Shown here: piece after piece, positions 1-9,920 of the stretch
Numbering within the stretch: the first letter of the stretch is position 1
Layout of the letters: each line of letters opens with the position of its first letter
Assembly (NCBI GenBank): GCA_027491735.1
Contig: JAOZGP010000025.1
Span: forward strand, 1-39,903
Reading direction: 5' to 3'
DNA: 39,903 nucleotides
DNA from: Thermoproteota archaeon
Lineage (GTDB): Archaea > Korarchaeota > Korarchaeia > Korarchaeales > Korarchaeaceae
The notes under the pieces: model-generated
Told to the model about the DNA's origin: nothing
Databases searched by the model: none
What the model saw: the letters and a program-made list of their open reading frames with translations, nothing else
Position numbers and translations under genes: made by a program

Positions 1-125
1 GATGGCCTTCCTGAGGGCACCTTCAAGTCATCGGTCAAGCTCCCCAGTCCACCCCATCCTCACAATCCCGAGCGGAGGTCGGTGTCATGAAGGCCATCGC
101 GCTACAGACGTTATACGCCCCTGCC

Positions 126-833
126 TCAATCCCCAATTCTTGACAGGAGAAACCTCTCTAAGGACCTCACAAACTCAGAAACTTTGCCTCTGTAGGTAAA
201 GTCAACGTCTTCTAATGCATCAGCTATTCTGGGACTCATGGCAATCGTTATATATTTCTTACGGATCTTTCTGAATGCTTCAGCGGCGGTCCTGCAGGTG
301 AGGACAACGGCGCACATACCCAGTTCTCGCAACCTGCGAATTCCTCCCTCATCTGGCTCTATATCATACAACCTGAAACACCTGCCTCCTTTGAACTCCT
401 TCACGACTTTGGCTAGACCCTTATCGATCCTTGTGGATGAGACGAGTTGAACACATAGATCTCTGTCCAGCCCAGATAGGATCCTCAGGATGCCTGTGGA
501 TGTGTGCTCCATGGGGATCAAGACGGACTTGGCCCCAATCCTTCTGAGGGAGTCAGCAGTTCCCGGACCTATCGCCATGAGGACGTTTTCTGTGACGAGG
601 TCGGCCAGTTCCCTGATCAGGTTTACAGCGGTCTTACTGGTGAATACGAGGAGATCCGTTCTACGAATTCTCAGACATTGTTCTAACCCTTTAATCTCAC
701 TACACACGGGGACAATTCTTATCAGGGGAATGGATAGCCCCTTGAAATGCTTTAACATCTTCAGAAACTTTCTGTTGGTCTCCTCAGTCCCCGTGAACAC
801 AACCGTGAGGTCAGATCCATCTGAGCTTCTCAT
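126..833 (-). CDS. hemD: Uroporphyrinogen-III synthase (HemD)
   Basis: Motifs LLVFTSKTAV, AIGPGTADSL and P..HTS.G are typical of HemD. It follows hemC-cobA. ATG 833 was chosen over the ORF-track start at 857. Confidence 0.85.
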   Translation of the reverse strand: MRSSDGSDLTVVFTGTEETNRKFLKMLKHFKGLSIPLIRIVPVCSEIKGLEQCLRIRRTDLLVFTSKTAVNLIRELADLVTENVLMAIGPGTADSLRRIGAKSVLIPMEHTSTGILRILSGLDRDLCVQLVSSTRIDKGLAKVVKEFKGGRCFRLYDIEPDEGGIRRLRELGMCAVVLTCRTAAEAFRKIRKKYITIAMSPRIADALEDVDFTYRGKVSEFVRSLERFLLSRIGD

Positions 834-1536
834 GAAGATTGCACACCTTCCCAACAACTATGACTGCGGGAGGTCTCAAGTTTTCCTTCCTAGCCTTCTC
901 CGGGAAGTCACTGAGAGTTCCCTTTATAACTCTCTGATTCTCTCTCGTGGCGTTTTCTATCGCAACAATAGGGGTTTCAGGAGGGAGCCCCGCCTCAAGC
1001 GCCTGTCTGACTATATCCTCCAGGTTGGACACCCCCATAAGTATGGATACGGTGTCCACCGCCCTGAAGATATCTTGGAGATCCAACGCAGAGTCCTCCT
1101 TTTTATGTCCTGTTACTATAGCCAGACTAGAGGCGTAGTTTCTATGGGTCACTGGTATTCCAGCGTAAGCTGGGCCGGCAATGGCTGAAGTTATACCAGG
1201 AACGATCTCGTACTCTATTCCAGCTCTCCTGAGGATTTCGCACTCCTCTCCTCCTCTTCCAAAGACAAAAGGATCCCCTCCTTTCAGCCTGACCACTACA
1301 TCATGTCTTCTGGCCTTCTCCACTAACATTTTGTTGATCTCCTCCTGTTTCTCCGACTGCCCATGCCATTTACCAAGATATACCAACTCCTTAGCGTTTT
1401 TCGCGAACTCCAGGATTTTAGGATTTATCAGCCGATCGTATATCACTACATCAGCTCTCTCCAAGACCCTGGCTCCCTTAACCGTTATGAGCTCAGGATC
1501 ACCAGGACCCGCTCCAACTAGGTAGACCTTTCCCAA
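811..1536 (-). CDS. cobA: Uroporphyrinogen-III C-methyltransferase (SUMT, CobA/CysG-A)
   Basis: Signature motifs VYLVGAGPGDPELIT, VVRLKGGDPFVFGRGGEE and IVPGITSA...GIPVTHR. Confidence 0.97.
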   Translation of the reverse strand: MGKVYLVGAGPGDPELITVKGARVLERADVVIYDRLINPKILEFAKNAKELVYLGKWHGQSEKQEEINKMLVEKARRHDVVVRLKGGDPFVFGRGGEECEILRRAGIEYEIVPGITSAIAGPAYAGIPVTHRNYASSLAIVTGHKKEDSALDLQDIFRAVDTVSILMGVSNLEDIVRQALEAGLPPETPIVAIENATRENQRVIKGTLSDFPEKARKENLRPPAVIVVGKVCNLHEKLRWI

Positions 1537-2428
1537 GGCTCCTCCACTCCCCTATAAGTGATTCTCCTCCAGAGGATAGAAACCTATCAATAATGTCCTC
1601 AACCGAGATCTCATCGAGGCTCGAAATACAGTTCAGGAGGACCCTCCTCCTCAGATCTGGAGAAACCAAAGAAACAATGACGCGAACCTTATCACCAGAT
1701 ATCGAGGCGTTGATGCCTACAGGAGTTCTACATCCAGCTCCAATCCCTCTCAAAATCTCTCTCTCTATGTCAATCTCAGCTCTGCTCTTCTTATCCTCCA
1801 CACACGACAAGAGCTCCAGTGTTCTCTTATCCTCCTTCCTGGCGATCACCCCCAAGGCCCCCTGGGCCGCTGGCGGAGTGATCTCGAGGACATCAAATCG
1901 ATGGTACTTCGTACCAACGCCCAACCTCAGAAGACCTGCTTCAGCTAGAATAACAGCTCTATAATGCCCTCTCCTCACCTTCTCCAACCTTGTGTCCACA
2001 TTGCCCCTTATAGGTCTTACTTTGATATCCGGACGTAGAAAGAGAAGATGGCTTCCTCTTCTGAGGCTGCTCGTGCCGATAACATCTCCGGGTCTGAGCT
2101 CTTGAGGATGACAACCAACCAGAGCGTCGAAGGGGCTCTTCCTCCTGGGAACTACGAGAGCTAGCTCCTCCTCCAGCTCGGTGGTGCAATCCTTCAGGCT
2201 GTGGACTGCCAGATCGATGTCACCTCTCAAGAGGGCAGCGTTGATCTCCTTCTCGAAGATTCCCTTCTCCTCAATCTTGTAGAGGGGATCCCTCAGATTC
2301 AGATCTCCCTTAGTTCTTATCACAATGGTCTCTGCTTTAACACCTTCTCTTCTGAGGATCTCAATGACCTCATTAGTCTGGGCCATGGCAAGCCTGCTAC
2401 CTCTGGTGCCGACCTTGAGAGGTTCCAT
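1499..2428 (-). CDS. hemC: Hydroxymethylbilane synthase (porphobilinogen deaminase)
   Basis: GTRGSRLAMAQ, AVHSLKD, GTSSLRR, RGNVDTR, and G.GC.TP carrying the cofactor Cys. Confidence 0.97.
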   Translation of the reverse strand: MEPLKVGTRGSRLAMAQTNEVIEILRREGVKAETIVIRTKGDLNLRDPLYKIEEKGIFEKEINAALLRGDIDLAVHSLKDCTTELEEELALVVPRRKSPFDALVGCHPQELRPGDVIGTSSLRRGSHLLFLRPDIKVRPIRGNVDTRLEKVRRGHYRAVILAEAGLLRLGVGTKYHRFDVLEITPPAAQGALGVIARKEDKRTLELLSCVEDKKSRAEIDIEREILRGIGAGCRTPVGINASISGDKVRVIVSLVSPDLRRRVLLNCISSLDEISVEDIIDRFLSSGGESLIGEWRSLGKGLPSWSGSW

Positions 2429-2468
2429 TTAGGAGACCTCGACATATAAGGTTAAAAGGGTTCCTTCA

Positions 2469-3533
2469 ATGGATGAATTGATGCTTTCATTTTTGAGAGG
2501 TAAGGAGAGGCTCAGAAGCATTCAGGTGGAGATATCGACAGCCTGTCAGCTCAACTGCGAGATGTGCCCGAAGAACCTGTTCAGCAGTAGGTGGATTTCA
2601 GCGCTCATGGATTTCGATCTCTACAGAACGATCTCCGAGGACATGAACATGTTCAGGTATGTCCATCTTCAGGGCTGGGGAGAGCCCCTGCTCAACCCCA
2701 ATATCTGTGATATGATTACAATCGCTAAGAGAAAGAGGTGCAGCGTAGGCGTTACCACGAACGGTTTACTCCTCGATAGAGAGATGTGTTCAGATCTGAT
2801 CAAGGCCGGAGTCGATCTCATAGCTGTGTCGGTCGCAGGCGCAAGACCTGAGACCCACGACCTCATCAGAAAGGGCTCGAGCTTGGAGGATCTAAAACAG
2901 AAGCTTAAAGATCTCTCATCCGTGAGAAAGGTGGAGAAGAGGCCCAAGATCACCTTAACCACGATAATGATGAAGAACACTGTGCATGAGCTCCCAGATC
3001 TCGTTAATCTGGCTCGGGAGGTTGGCGCCGATGAGCTGATAGTGAATAACCTGGATTATATACCTTCTCCTGATCTGGGCGGCATGGAGGTCTTCTCTCC
3101 ACCGGGACTTGAGCCGGAGAAACACATATTGGAGTCCATTGAAAGAGCTAAGCTTTTGGCAGATAAACTAGGCGTAAGGTTGTATGTCAGACCTCTCAAG
3201 ATGGAGGAAAGCGTGGTTTGTGCAGAAAGTCCCTTAACGAATGTGTTTGTGACTTACCAAGGAGATGTGGCTCCTTGCGTGTACCTCCACCTCCCCACAA
3301 AGGAGAGGGTGATCCCACGCTTCTTCATGGGTGCGGGTTACCTTGTGGAGAAGCTCTACTTCGGTCGCGTGGATAGTGAGAGGCTAAGGGATGTGTGGAA
3401 AAAAGAGATCTACAGGGATTTCAGGGACATCTTCTACAGAAGAGCTATGGCCCAGATGTATCCCTCCAGCTTTCCTGGAAAGATTGAAATTCCAGAGCAA
3501 TGCAGAACCTGCTACAAGATGTACTCAATCTAA
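2469..3533 (+). CDS. Radical SAM protein with C-terminal SPASM/twitch-type Cys domain; substrate unknown
   Basis: CX3CX2C (CQLNCEMC), GWGEP and TTNG motifs, plus C-terminal Cys (VC..., GDVAPC, CRTC). Confidence 0.9.
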   Translation: MDELMLSFLRGKERLRSIQVEISTACQLNCEMCPKNLFSSRWISALMDFDLYRTISEDMNMFRYVHLQGWGEPLLNPNICDMITIAKRKRCSVGVTTNGLLLDREMCSDLIKAGVDLIAVSVAGARPETHDLIRKGSSLEDLKQKLKDLSSVRKVEKRPKITLTTIMMKNTVHELPDLVNLAREVGADELIVNNLDYIPSPDLGGMEVFSPPGLEPEKHILESIERAKLLADKLGVRLYVRPLKMEESVVCAESPLTNVFVTYQGDVAPCVYLHLPTKERVIPRFFMGAGYLVEKLYFGRVDSERLRDVWKKEIYRDFRDIFYRRAMAQMYPSSFPGKIEIPEQCRTCYKMYSI

Positions 3534-4471
3534 GGAAGCTCCATCAGAGATATAGATTTTCCTTTCTTAACGGCCACCCCAAGCCGTCCGATGCAGATTG
3601 GTTCTCCGTCCAGTTTGATCTCTCTTCTCCTATCCTCCGAAAGAACAATGACCCTTCCCTGAAATCCAAGGTAGATCTCATCCTCAGCGAAGATAGATAG
3701 GGGTCTTGTAGGCATCTCCTTCCTCCAGAGGACTTCTCCATCAGGGGAGACGACCTGAAGAATATCTTCGTCGGCAGCAGCAATGATTCCTCTTTTCTCA
3801 TCAACACAGATCTCAGGCTTCCTCATGATCACTCGAAAGAGCTCATCACAGCTATCTGAGAGCATAAAAAGTCCTCTCTCCTCAGAGATCACAAATCCAT
3901 CCCTCAGGAACATAAGTTCTTTGACAGAAATGTTAAACTTCCTGTTCACCGGTCTAACAATGTAGAGTCTTCTCTCGGTACCGAAAGCGATGTGGTTCTC
4001 CCGAAGCACCATTCCCCGAACAGCTCCTTCCACAGCTCTCTCCAGGACACGGTTCCCATCGATGTTGTAGATGTATGCAAACTCATCGATCCACCCAGCG
4101 CCAGCTCCCACGTATTTGTCCCCGATGGACACTGAAGTCACGTCCTCCGGTCTCTCTCCTATACTCGCGACCGTCATGAATTGCTGTTTCCAGATGAGAT
4201 CTCCCTCTTTCGAGAAAAGGTAAAGCTTACCGTCCATGAAGTTGGTACCAACCGCTAGGTATTTCTCGTTGACGTCTAGGGCGGTTATCTGCACGTCGGT
4301 ATATGGATCCCTGTAAAAGGTCACCGAGAGCTTCTCAGTCCAAAGGACGCCGTCCTCATCGAAGAGATAAAGCCAACCATCCTTACATCCGACGGCTAAC
4401 AGCTCATCACAGATATCGGCTACTTTCACCTCATCCTCGCATACATGGCTCCACACAACGCTCACCTTCAA
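3530..4471 (-). CDS. WD40/PQQ-like beta-propeller protein
   Basis: Repeated LAVG..DG.LYLF...G..LW units. TTG 4471 was chosen because the upstream ORF extension overlaps the neighbouring gene and looks non-coding. Confidence 0.7.
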   Translation of the reverse strand: MKVSVVWSHVCEDEVKVADICDELLAVGCKDGWLYLFDEDGVLWTEKLSVTFYRDPYTDVQITALDVNEKYLAVGTNFMDGKLYLFSKEGDLIWKQQFMTVASIGERPEDVTSVSIGDKYVGAGAGWIDEFAYIYNIDGNRVLERAVEGAVRGMVLRENHIAFGTERRLYIVRPVNRKFNISVKELMFLRDGFVISEERGLFMLSDSCDELFRVIMRKPEICVDEKRGIIAAADEDILQVVSPDGEVLWRKEMPTRPLSIFAEDEIYLGFQGRVIVLSEDRRREIKLDGEPICIGRLGVAVKKGKSISLMELP

Positions 4472-4538
4472 ACTGCTGGCGTCACAGAAAAAGCGAATGG
4501 GAAGTTTAAAAAATAGGTGAAAAAGTTGAGGAGGGAGA

Positions 4539-5975
4539 TCACACCCTCGGAGCCCACTGAGGCAGCTTGCTCCAGGCCACTGGGCCGAAGATGTACGTGG
4601 ACAGTGTGAACCCAAGTATGACGTTTATTATGGCTCCAGTGAAGAACGCTATCCACGGCTTGGATCCGTAGCCGGCGAATATCCTCTTGAAATTGGTGGT
4701 CATGCCTATGCTGAAGAACGTGAATATGAAGGTCCACGTCCTCATTGTCTTTATCGGTCCTATCAGGTTGGGCTTCATGATCTTCATGTATTCAGTCGTC
4801 GACACGCCCAGCGTCACCAAGGTCATGACGAACGATGCTATCAGGAATCCTATCACGAACTTCGGGAACCTCCACCAGATCTCCATGGGAGATGGCTTTA
4901 TTCCAGTCTCCTCGACCTCCCACCTAGTCGTTGATATCACAGCCATGACGAAGGCCCAGAGACCTATCCAAATGTCCCTTCCTATCACCTTCATCAATGT
5001 GAAGGCCCATATAGCCTGCTCATGAGCATCAGCGCCGCTGACAACGGCAGCAATGTGGTCGTGATACCACTCACCATAGAAGTCCGCAGCTGCAAATCCA
5101 GCAGCATCAGCGAACTCGGAGGTTCCTATCCAAGCCCCAGCAACTCCCGGATGGAGCGGTCCAGCAGCCATAGCTGCGAAAGGCAGCAGGAATATGCAGA
5201 TTATGGCCATGAGTATCACTGCAGAGATTCCGAGGGCGTAGTCCTCCTTCTTGGCTCTGACCGCAGCTGCCATGGCTATTGAGGCAGAGACTCCACAGAC
5301 GGCACCTCCAGCTCCCAACACAGCTGAGGTCCTTTTGTCGAGCCCTATTTTGACTCCTATGGAGTATATTATGACGAACGTTATTATAGCTATTATGGCG
5401 GCCTGAGCTATGACGTAGGGACCAGCCATGTATATCAGGGTGAACGGCAGCGTGGCGCCAAGCAACACTATACCTGTCTTTATGTAGTACTCAACCCTGA
5501 AGCCGGAGGACATCCACTTCGGGTAGTGCCATATGTTTCCAATCACCAGTCCTAGAAGAACTGCCAGCAGAGGAGGCTCGAGGTTGAAGTTGTGCACGGT
5601 CTTGTTGGCCGCCACCACGAAGATTATGATGGACAATATGTAGACGAATGTGAACGAGATTGCGAAGTCCTTGGCATTGAACCCCAGTATGGAGCTCGTT
5701 ATGGTGAATATTATGAGCCAGAAGAGGTAGTTTACAACGTACCCGAACCAGTGTTTAGCGAAATAATCAGCTATCTGGCTGCTCTGTGTCCATTTTCCTG
5801 GAGCGGAGACAGCTAAGGTCTTAAGAGCCGGAACATTGCCAGAGTAGTAGAGAACCAGCGCTATTATGATCACGATGAAGGCCATCCAGACGGCCCACCA
5901 GTCCTCAGTCTTCCATAGAGATTCCCATCCTCTTATGACTTCTACTCTTTCCTTTCCTTCCTCCTTCTTGGACAA
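4539..5975 (-). CDS. Putative sulfate exporter (PSE/YeiH, UPF0324) family membrane protein
   Basis: About 12 hydrophobic segments with EYYIKTGIVLLGA, AVCGVSASIA, AGAWIGTSE..DA and IW.RFPKFVIGF. TTG 5975 is preceded by a GGAGGTG RBS. Confidence 0.88.
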   Translation of the reverse strand: MSKKEEGKERVEVIRGWESLWKTEDWWAVWMAFIVIIIALVLYYSGNVPALKTLAVSAPGKWTQSSQIADYFAKHWFGYVVNYLFWLIIFTITSSILGFNAKDFAISFTFVYILSIIIFVVAANKTVHNFNLEPPLLAVLLGLVIGNIWHYPKWMSSGFRVEYYIKTGIVLLGATLPFTLIYMAGPYVIAQAAIIAIITFVIIYSIGVKIGLDKRTSAVLGAGGAVCGVSASIAMAAAVRAKKEDYALGISAVILMAIICIFLLPFAAMAAGPLHPGVAGAWIGTSEFADAAGFAAADFYGEWYHDHIAAVVSGADAHEQAIWAFTLMKVIGRDIWIGLWAFVMAVISTTRWEVEETGIKPSPMEIWWRFPKFVIGFLIASFVMTLVTLGVSTTEYMKIMKPNLIGPIKTMRTWTFIFTFFSIGMTTNFKRIFAGYGSKPWIAFFTGAIINVILGFTLSTYIFGPVAWSKLPQWAPRV

Positions 5976-6296
5976 GAGTCGACACCTCCACCTCTTTCCG
6001 TCTAAGGATAGAAAGGGTTTTTTATAAATCTTCTCATGAATACCTCGAGCAGTTGCAGGCAATCTCCTACCGATTTTTGGGTAAAAGTTTCTCCTAAAAA
6101 CAGCTTCACAGTCTCCCTGCTTACCAGACCGCCGATTTAAGCCCAAAAAACAAACAGTCCTTTAAGTTCATCTAAATTCACCAACTATAGGGATTTTTCG
6201 GAGGAAATCGTGCTCTGCTTTGGCATCTAGGCAAAAGGTGTGAGGTGCTTTGTGATTTTACGAGATGCTTTTATCTAAATCTGAAGTGAATCTGCC

Positions 6297-7733
6297 TTGG
6301 TGTACAGATTGGCCGGCAGCAATGTAGTGAAGGATCTCAGAAAGATTTTGGGTCCTGATAAAGTTGATGACGACGAATTAGTGGTCAAGTTATATTCTAA
6401 AGATGCTGTTTACTTTGAAAGCAATGCTCTTGCAGTAGTCTTCCCCACAAGTACAGAGGAAGTCTCTGAAGTTGTCAGGTACGCCTACAAGCATGACCTC
6501 AAGATATATCCTCAGGGATCCGCCAGTGAGATAGTTGGATCATCAACCCCCAGAGAGGACGGCATAGTGATTAGCTTCGACAGGATGAACAGGATAAAGG
6601 AGGTGAACATAGTAGACTCCTATGTGGTGGCTGAGGCTGGGGCAAGGATGCTCGATGTAAACAACTTGCTGGCAGCTAAAGGATACATGTTTCCAGTCGA
6701 TCCAGCCTCGATCAAGGCTGTGACTGTGGGAGGAGCAGTCAACAGCGGAGCCGGGGGGATGAGAGGAGCCAAGTATGGAACGATGAAAGACTGGGTGAGC
6801 GGTCTGACAGTTGTTCTTCCAGACGAGAAGGGAACTATTCTCAAATTAGGTGGAAAGACTGCCAAAAACAGAGAGGGATACGATCTAGTTCGTCTGATAA
6901 TAGGGAGCGAGGGTACTCTGGCGGTGGTAACAGAAGCTACTCTGAGGATAGTCCCTCAACCGGAAAGTCTAGCAACGGTTGTGGGATTCTTCCTCACGCT
7001 GGAGGACCTGCTGAACGCTGTGATAAACATAAAGGAGAGCAGGATAAATCCATTCATAATGGAGTTCGTTGATGCTGATACAGTAAGAATGACTATGAAG
7101 GCTTTAGGCTCTAAGATAAAAGGAGAAGGGCACTATCTACTTGTCAGCGTCGACACAACACCTGAGGCCACCAACCGCGTTCTCTCCCAGCTCGAGGAGA
7201 TCATGAGGAAAAACAGCGTAACAGCTGTGTACACGGCCAGGACCATGGCCGAGGCTGAAGCTGAGGGATTCTTCGATATAAGGAGAAACTACTATCCTGC
7301 ATCCATAAGACTTGCGGCTGAAGGCCTCAAGAGCCCGAACTCTCGCATGTATGTGTACGTTGAGGACATATCAGTTCCTCCGACCAAGACCATAGAGGCG
7401 GTCAAGAGACTCAGGGAACTGGAGAAGAAATATGGAATACCAATGACTCTAGGGGGACACATAAGTGATGGAAACCTGCATCCAATCCTCTGGTTCTACG
7501 ATCACGAGAGGGAGAAGAAGGAGAAGTTCGAGGACATGATTCTCGAAATTATGGAGGTAGCCATAAGCCTAGATGGTGTGATGAGCTCAGAGCACGGCAT
7601 AGGCATGACAAAAAAGGAGGGTCTAGCAAAGCAGCTTGAGGCCAAAGGCAGCTTGAAGGCCCTTGATCTCATGAAACAGATAAAGAGAGTCTTCGATCCC
7701 AAGGGAATCCTTAATCCTGGGAAGGTGCTATGA
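6297..7733 (+). CDS. FAD-linked oxidase, GlcD/D-lactate dehydrogenase family
   Basis: PVDPAS...TVGG, GYDL..LIIGSEGTL, GHISDGNLHP, SEHGIG and FDPKGILNPGK. Confidence 0.93.
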   Translation: MVYRLAGSNVVKDLRKILGPDKVDDDELVVKLYSKDAVYFESNALAVVFPTSTEEVSEVVRYAYKHDLKIYPQGSASEIVGSSTPREDGIVISFDRMNRIKEVNIVDSYVVAEAGARMLDVNNLLAAKGYMFPVDPASIKAVTVGGAVNSGAGGMRGAKYGTMKDWVSGLTVVLPDEKGTILKLGGKTAKNREGYDLVRLIIGSEGTLAVVTEATLRIVPQPESLATVVGFFLTLEDLLNAVINIKESRINPFIMEFVDADTVRMTMKALGSKIKGEGHYLLVSVDTTPEATNRVLSQLEEIMRKNSVTAVYTARTMAEAEAEGFFDIRRNYYPASIRLAAEGLKSPNSRMYVYVEDISVPPTKTIEAVKRLRELEKKYGIPMTLGGHISDGNLHPILWFYDHEREKKEKFEDMILEIMEVAISLDGVMSSEHGIGMTKKEGLAKQLEAKGSLKALDLMKQIKRVFDPKGILNPGKVL

Positions 7734-7734
7734 G

Positions 7735-8040
7735 GTGAAGGTTATGAATCCCAACGAGATGAAGGATCAGATTATGAAAGAACTCTCCAGATGCTCCTAT
7801 TGTGGGCTCTGTGAGTGGGTATGCCCAGTTCTGAGGGTACAACTGAAGAGGAACTACGGACCCAGGGGTAGATTGAGCACGATGATCTTCGCCTTAAGGG
7901 ATGGACTCTGGACGGAAGCTGGTGAAAGCGGTGTGTTCACATGTCTCCTTTGTGGTGCCTGCTCAACTCAGTGTCCAGCGGGCATAAAACTTGAGGAGGT
8001 GATAAGGCTCTTCAGGTACTACCTGACTCTCACCGGCTAG
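7735..8040 (+). CDS. 2x[4Fe-4S] protein resembling the N-terminal domain of GlcF
   Basis: CSYCGLCEWVCP, GPRGR and CLLCGACSTQCP. It lies 1 nt after the glcD-like gene. Confidence 0.85.
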   Translation: MKVMNPNEMKDQIMKELSRCSYCGLCEWVCPVLRVQLKRNYGPRGRLSTMIFALRDGLWTEAGESGVFTCLLCGACSTQCPAGIKLEEVIRLFRYYLTLTG

Positions 8041-8194
8041 GCCATTAACACGAGAAGATTTATTTTATTATAAATAAATAGAGCACTTTGGTATCATTCT
8101 CTTTTTTATCTGAAATTATATGTGTAATAAAAAGAGACTTCCGTTAGATAGGACGACTAAAATAAAATAGTAAAATAAAAAAGAAGTGTGAGAT

Positions 8195-9664
8195 TTAAAT
8201 TATGCCTAGCTTGCTGAGAAGTCCGTAGAAGAAGAATATGCCACAGAATATCATAAAGATTACTGCTATCGCCTCCAAAGCAGCGTGAGCCTTGTACTCC
8301 TTGGGAAGTTTTCTGTTCAGGTATATGATTATGGGCACGCCGAAGAGAGCGCCGAAGTTGGCCATGTTAGCTGATATCACTATAAGCCAGAACGGCCTTG
8401 TCAGGTTTATTGCTATAGCAGTCCAGCCGAGGAAAACAGCGCATATCACGTAGTAAACTCTTCTGACATCTCCCTTGGCCCATTCTCTTATACCCTCAAT
8501 CTTCCAGAGAGCATCAGTTGTATTTCTGGTTATAACATCGACTAGTCCCACCTGAGTCTTGAAGAGCGTTAGAGCTCCGACCAACAGGCCAAACCACCAT
8601 CCAAATGATCCCCAGACTTTGCTCAACATTTTGCCTTCGTAAGCAGCAACGCCCCAAGCAGGTAAACTGGATCCCACTGGTAGTAATGCGTGAGCCAAGA
8701 GCCCTGGGAGTATCATTCCTATAATGGCCCCAACGAAGAATATGTAAACCTGCTCTTCCATCATGAACTTATACCATCTCTTCATCACACTGACGTTCTC
8801 CTCAGTCAACTTAGGTATTTTCCCTACTGGAGACAGAGGGACCTTGGTTCCTCCTATTATGGCTGGAATGTAGCCGACGAGTGAGCCCACACCGTATCCC
8901 TTATCTCTATAATAGTTCGCTAGTACATAGTTTAGACCCGTAGCGAATCCAGTGAAGCCAACAACTCCGGCTAGTATGCTCGGATCCACGTTGGGAGGTA
9001 TATACCCGAAACTCACAAGTCCCACAGCTGCCTCAGCCCAGACCTTAGCCGGCACCAGTATGATGTCAAAGATCACGAAGGAGCCGAAGATCACAATGAG
9101 GTCAAACCAATTCCAGATCTCGAGCGTTCTAGAAATTTTAGCGCCTAATGATATTATTATAAAGCTAAGTATTATCAGAACATAAGCCCATGTCTTTGTA
9201 AGCCAGGCATCCTGAGGACCGGCAACTCTACCTAGTTGAGCTGATGCTACAGCTGTAGCTGAGGTAGCAGCCCATCCAGGCCATCCAAAGCAGAACCACA
9301 TTGCTAGAAGGCCAAGTATTCCTATCCATATGCCTCCTCTAAGCATTCCTATTATCGGTATTTCTCCGGTAGTTATGGTCCATTTAGCCCACATGTAGTT
9401 ATATGATGTCTGTAACACCGCTGAAACCACTATCAACCAGAGAAGACTCATGCCATGCTTGGCGAAAAGTGATGGTCCAAGTAAATACTCCCCACTGCCT
9501 ATCGACATCCCCAGAGCTATTATAGCTGGTCCGTACACCTTCAATATCTTGTCCTTGAGTCCTATCTCCTTGAGGTGGAAAAACTCCTCAGGAGAAGGTA
9601 CCTTGTCCACAACTTCTAACGGAGGCCCTCTACCTAGGGGGTACGTCTCGCTATTCTGGCTCAT
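8195..9664 (-). CDS. NRAMP-like (YcsG-type, APC superfamily) membrane transporter
   Basis: GPAII.LG.SIGSGE.LLGP N-terminal motif, Y.RDKGYG.G and about 11 TM segments. Confidence 0.75.
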   Translation of the reverse strand: MSQNSETYPLGRGPPLEVVDKVPSPEEFFHLKEIGLKDKILKVYGPAIIALGMSIGSGEYLLGPSLFAKHGMSLLWLIVVSAVLQTSYNYMWAKWTITTGEIPIIGMLRGGIWIGILGLLAMWFCFGWPGWAATSATAVASAQLGRVAGPQDAWLTKTWAYVLIILSFIIISLGAKISRTLEIWNWFDLIVIFGSFVIFDIILVPAKVWAEAAVGLVSFGYIPPNVDPSILAGVVGFTGFATGLNYVLANYYRDKGYGVGSLVGYIPAIIGGTKVPLSPVGKIPKLTEENVSVMKRWYKFMMEEQVYIFFVGAIIGMILPGLLAHALLPVGSSLPAWGVAAYEGKMLSKVWGSFGWWFGLLVGALTLFKTQVGLVDVITRNTTDALWKIEGIREWAKGDVRRVYYVICAVFLGWTAIAINLTRPFWLIVISANMANFGALFGVPIIIYLNRKLPKEYKAHAALEAIAVIFMIFCGIFFFYGLLSKLGII

Positions 9665-9679
9665 ACCTCGACGGGCGAA

Positions 9680-9704
9680 TGGGAAAAATAAAAAATTTTT
9701 CCCA
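9680..9704. promoter_or_regulatory. Inverted repeat overlapping the putative TATA box of the transporter gene (candidate operator)
   Basis: TGGGAAAAAT-AAAAA-ATTTTTCCCA is a 10-bp stem about 15-40 nt upstream of ATG 9664. The minus strand reads TTTTTATT within it. Confidence 0.4.
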
Positions 9705-9818
9705 CGTAAGATATCTTCAAATCAACTAGAATACGAGTTGAACGCATATATCGAGCATTCTGAACATAAATGTCGACAGTTAAGGCATATTAATTTAATT
9801 AACCACAACTTATTAGCT

Positions 9819-9840
9819 GAAATTAGCCGAAGCTAATTTC
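9819..9840. repeat. Perfect 9-bp inverted repeat
   Basis: GAAATTAGC-CGAA-GCTAATTTC in an AT-rich intergenic region. Confidence 0.6.
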
Positions 9841-9920
9841 CTAATAATAAAATAGTTAATTTAGAGGAGTTATTCAGATAAAATAATATTATATTTAAAA
9901 ATTTTAGTTAGTACGATTTT

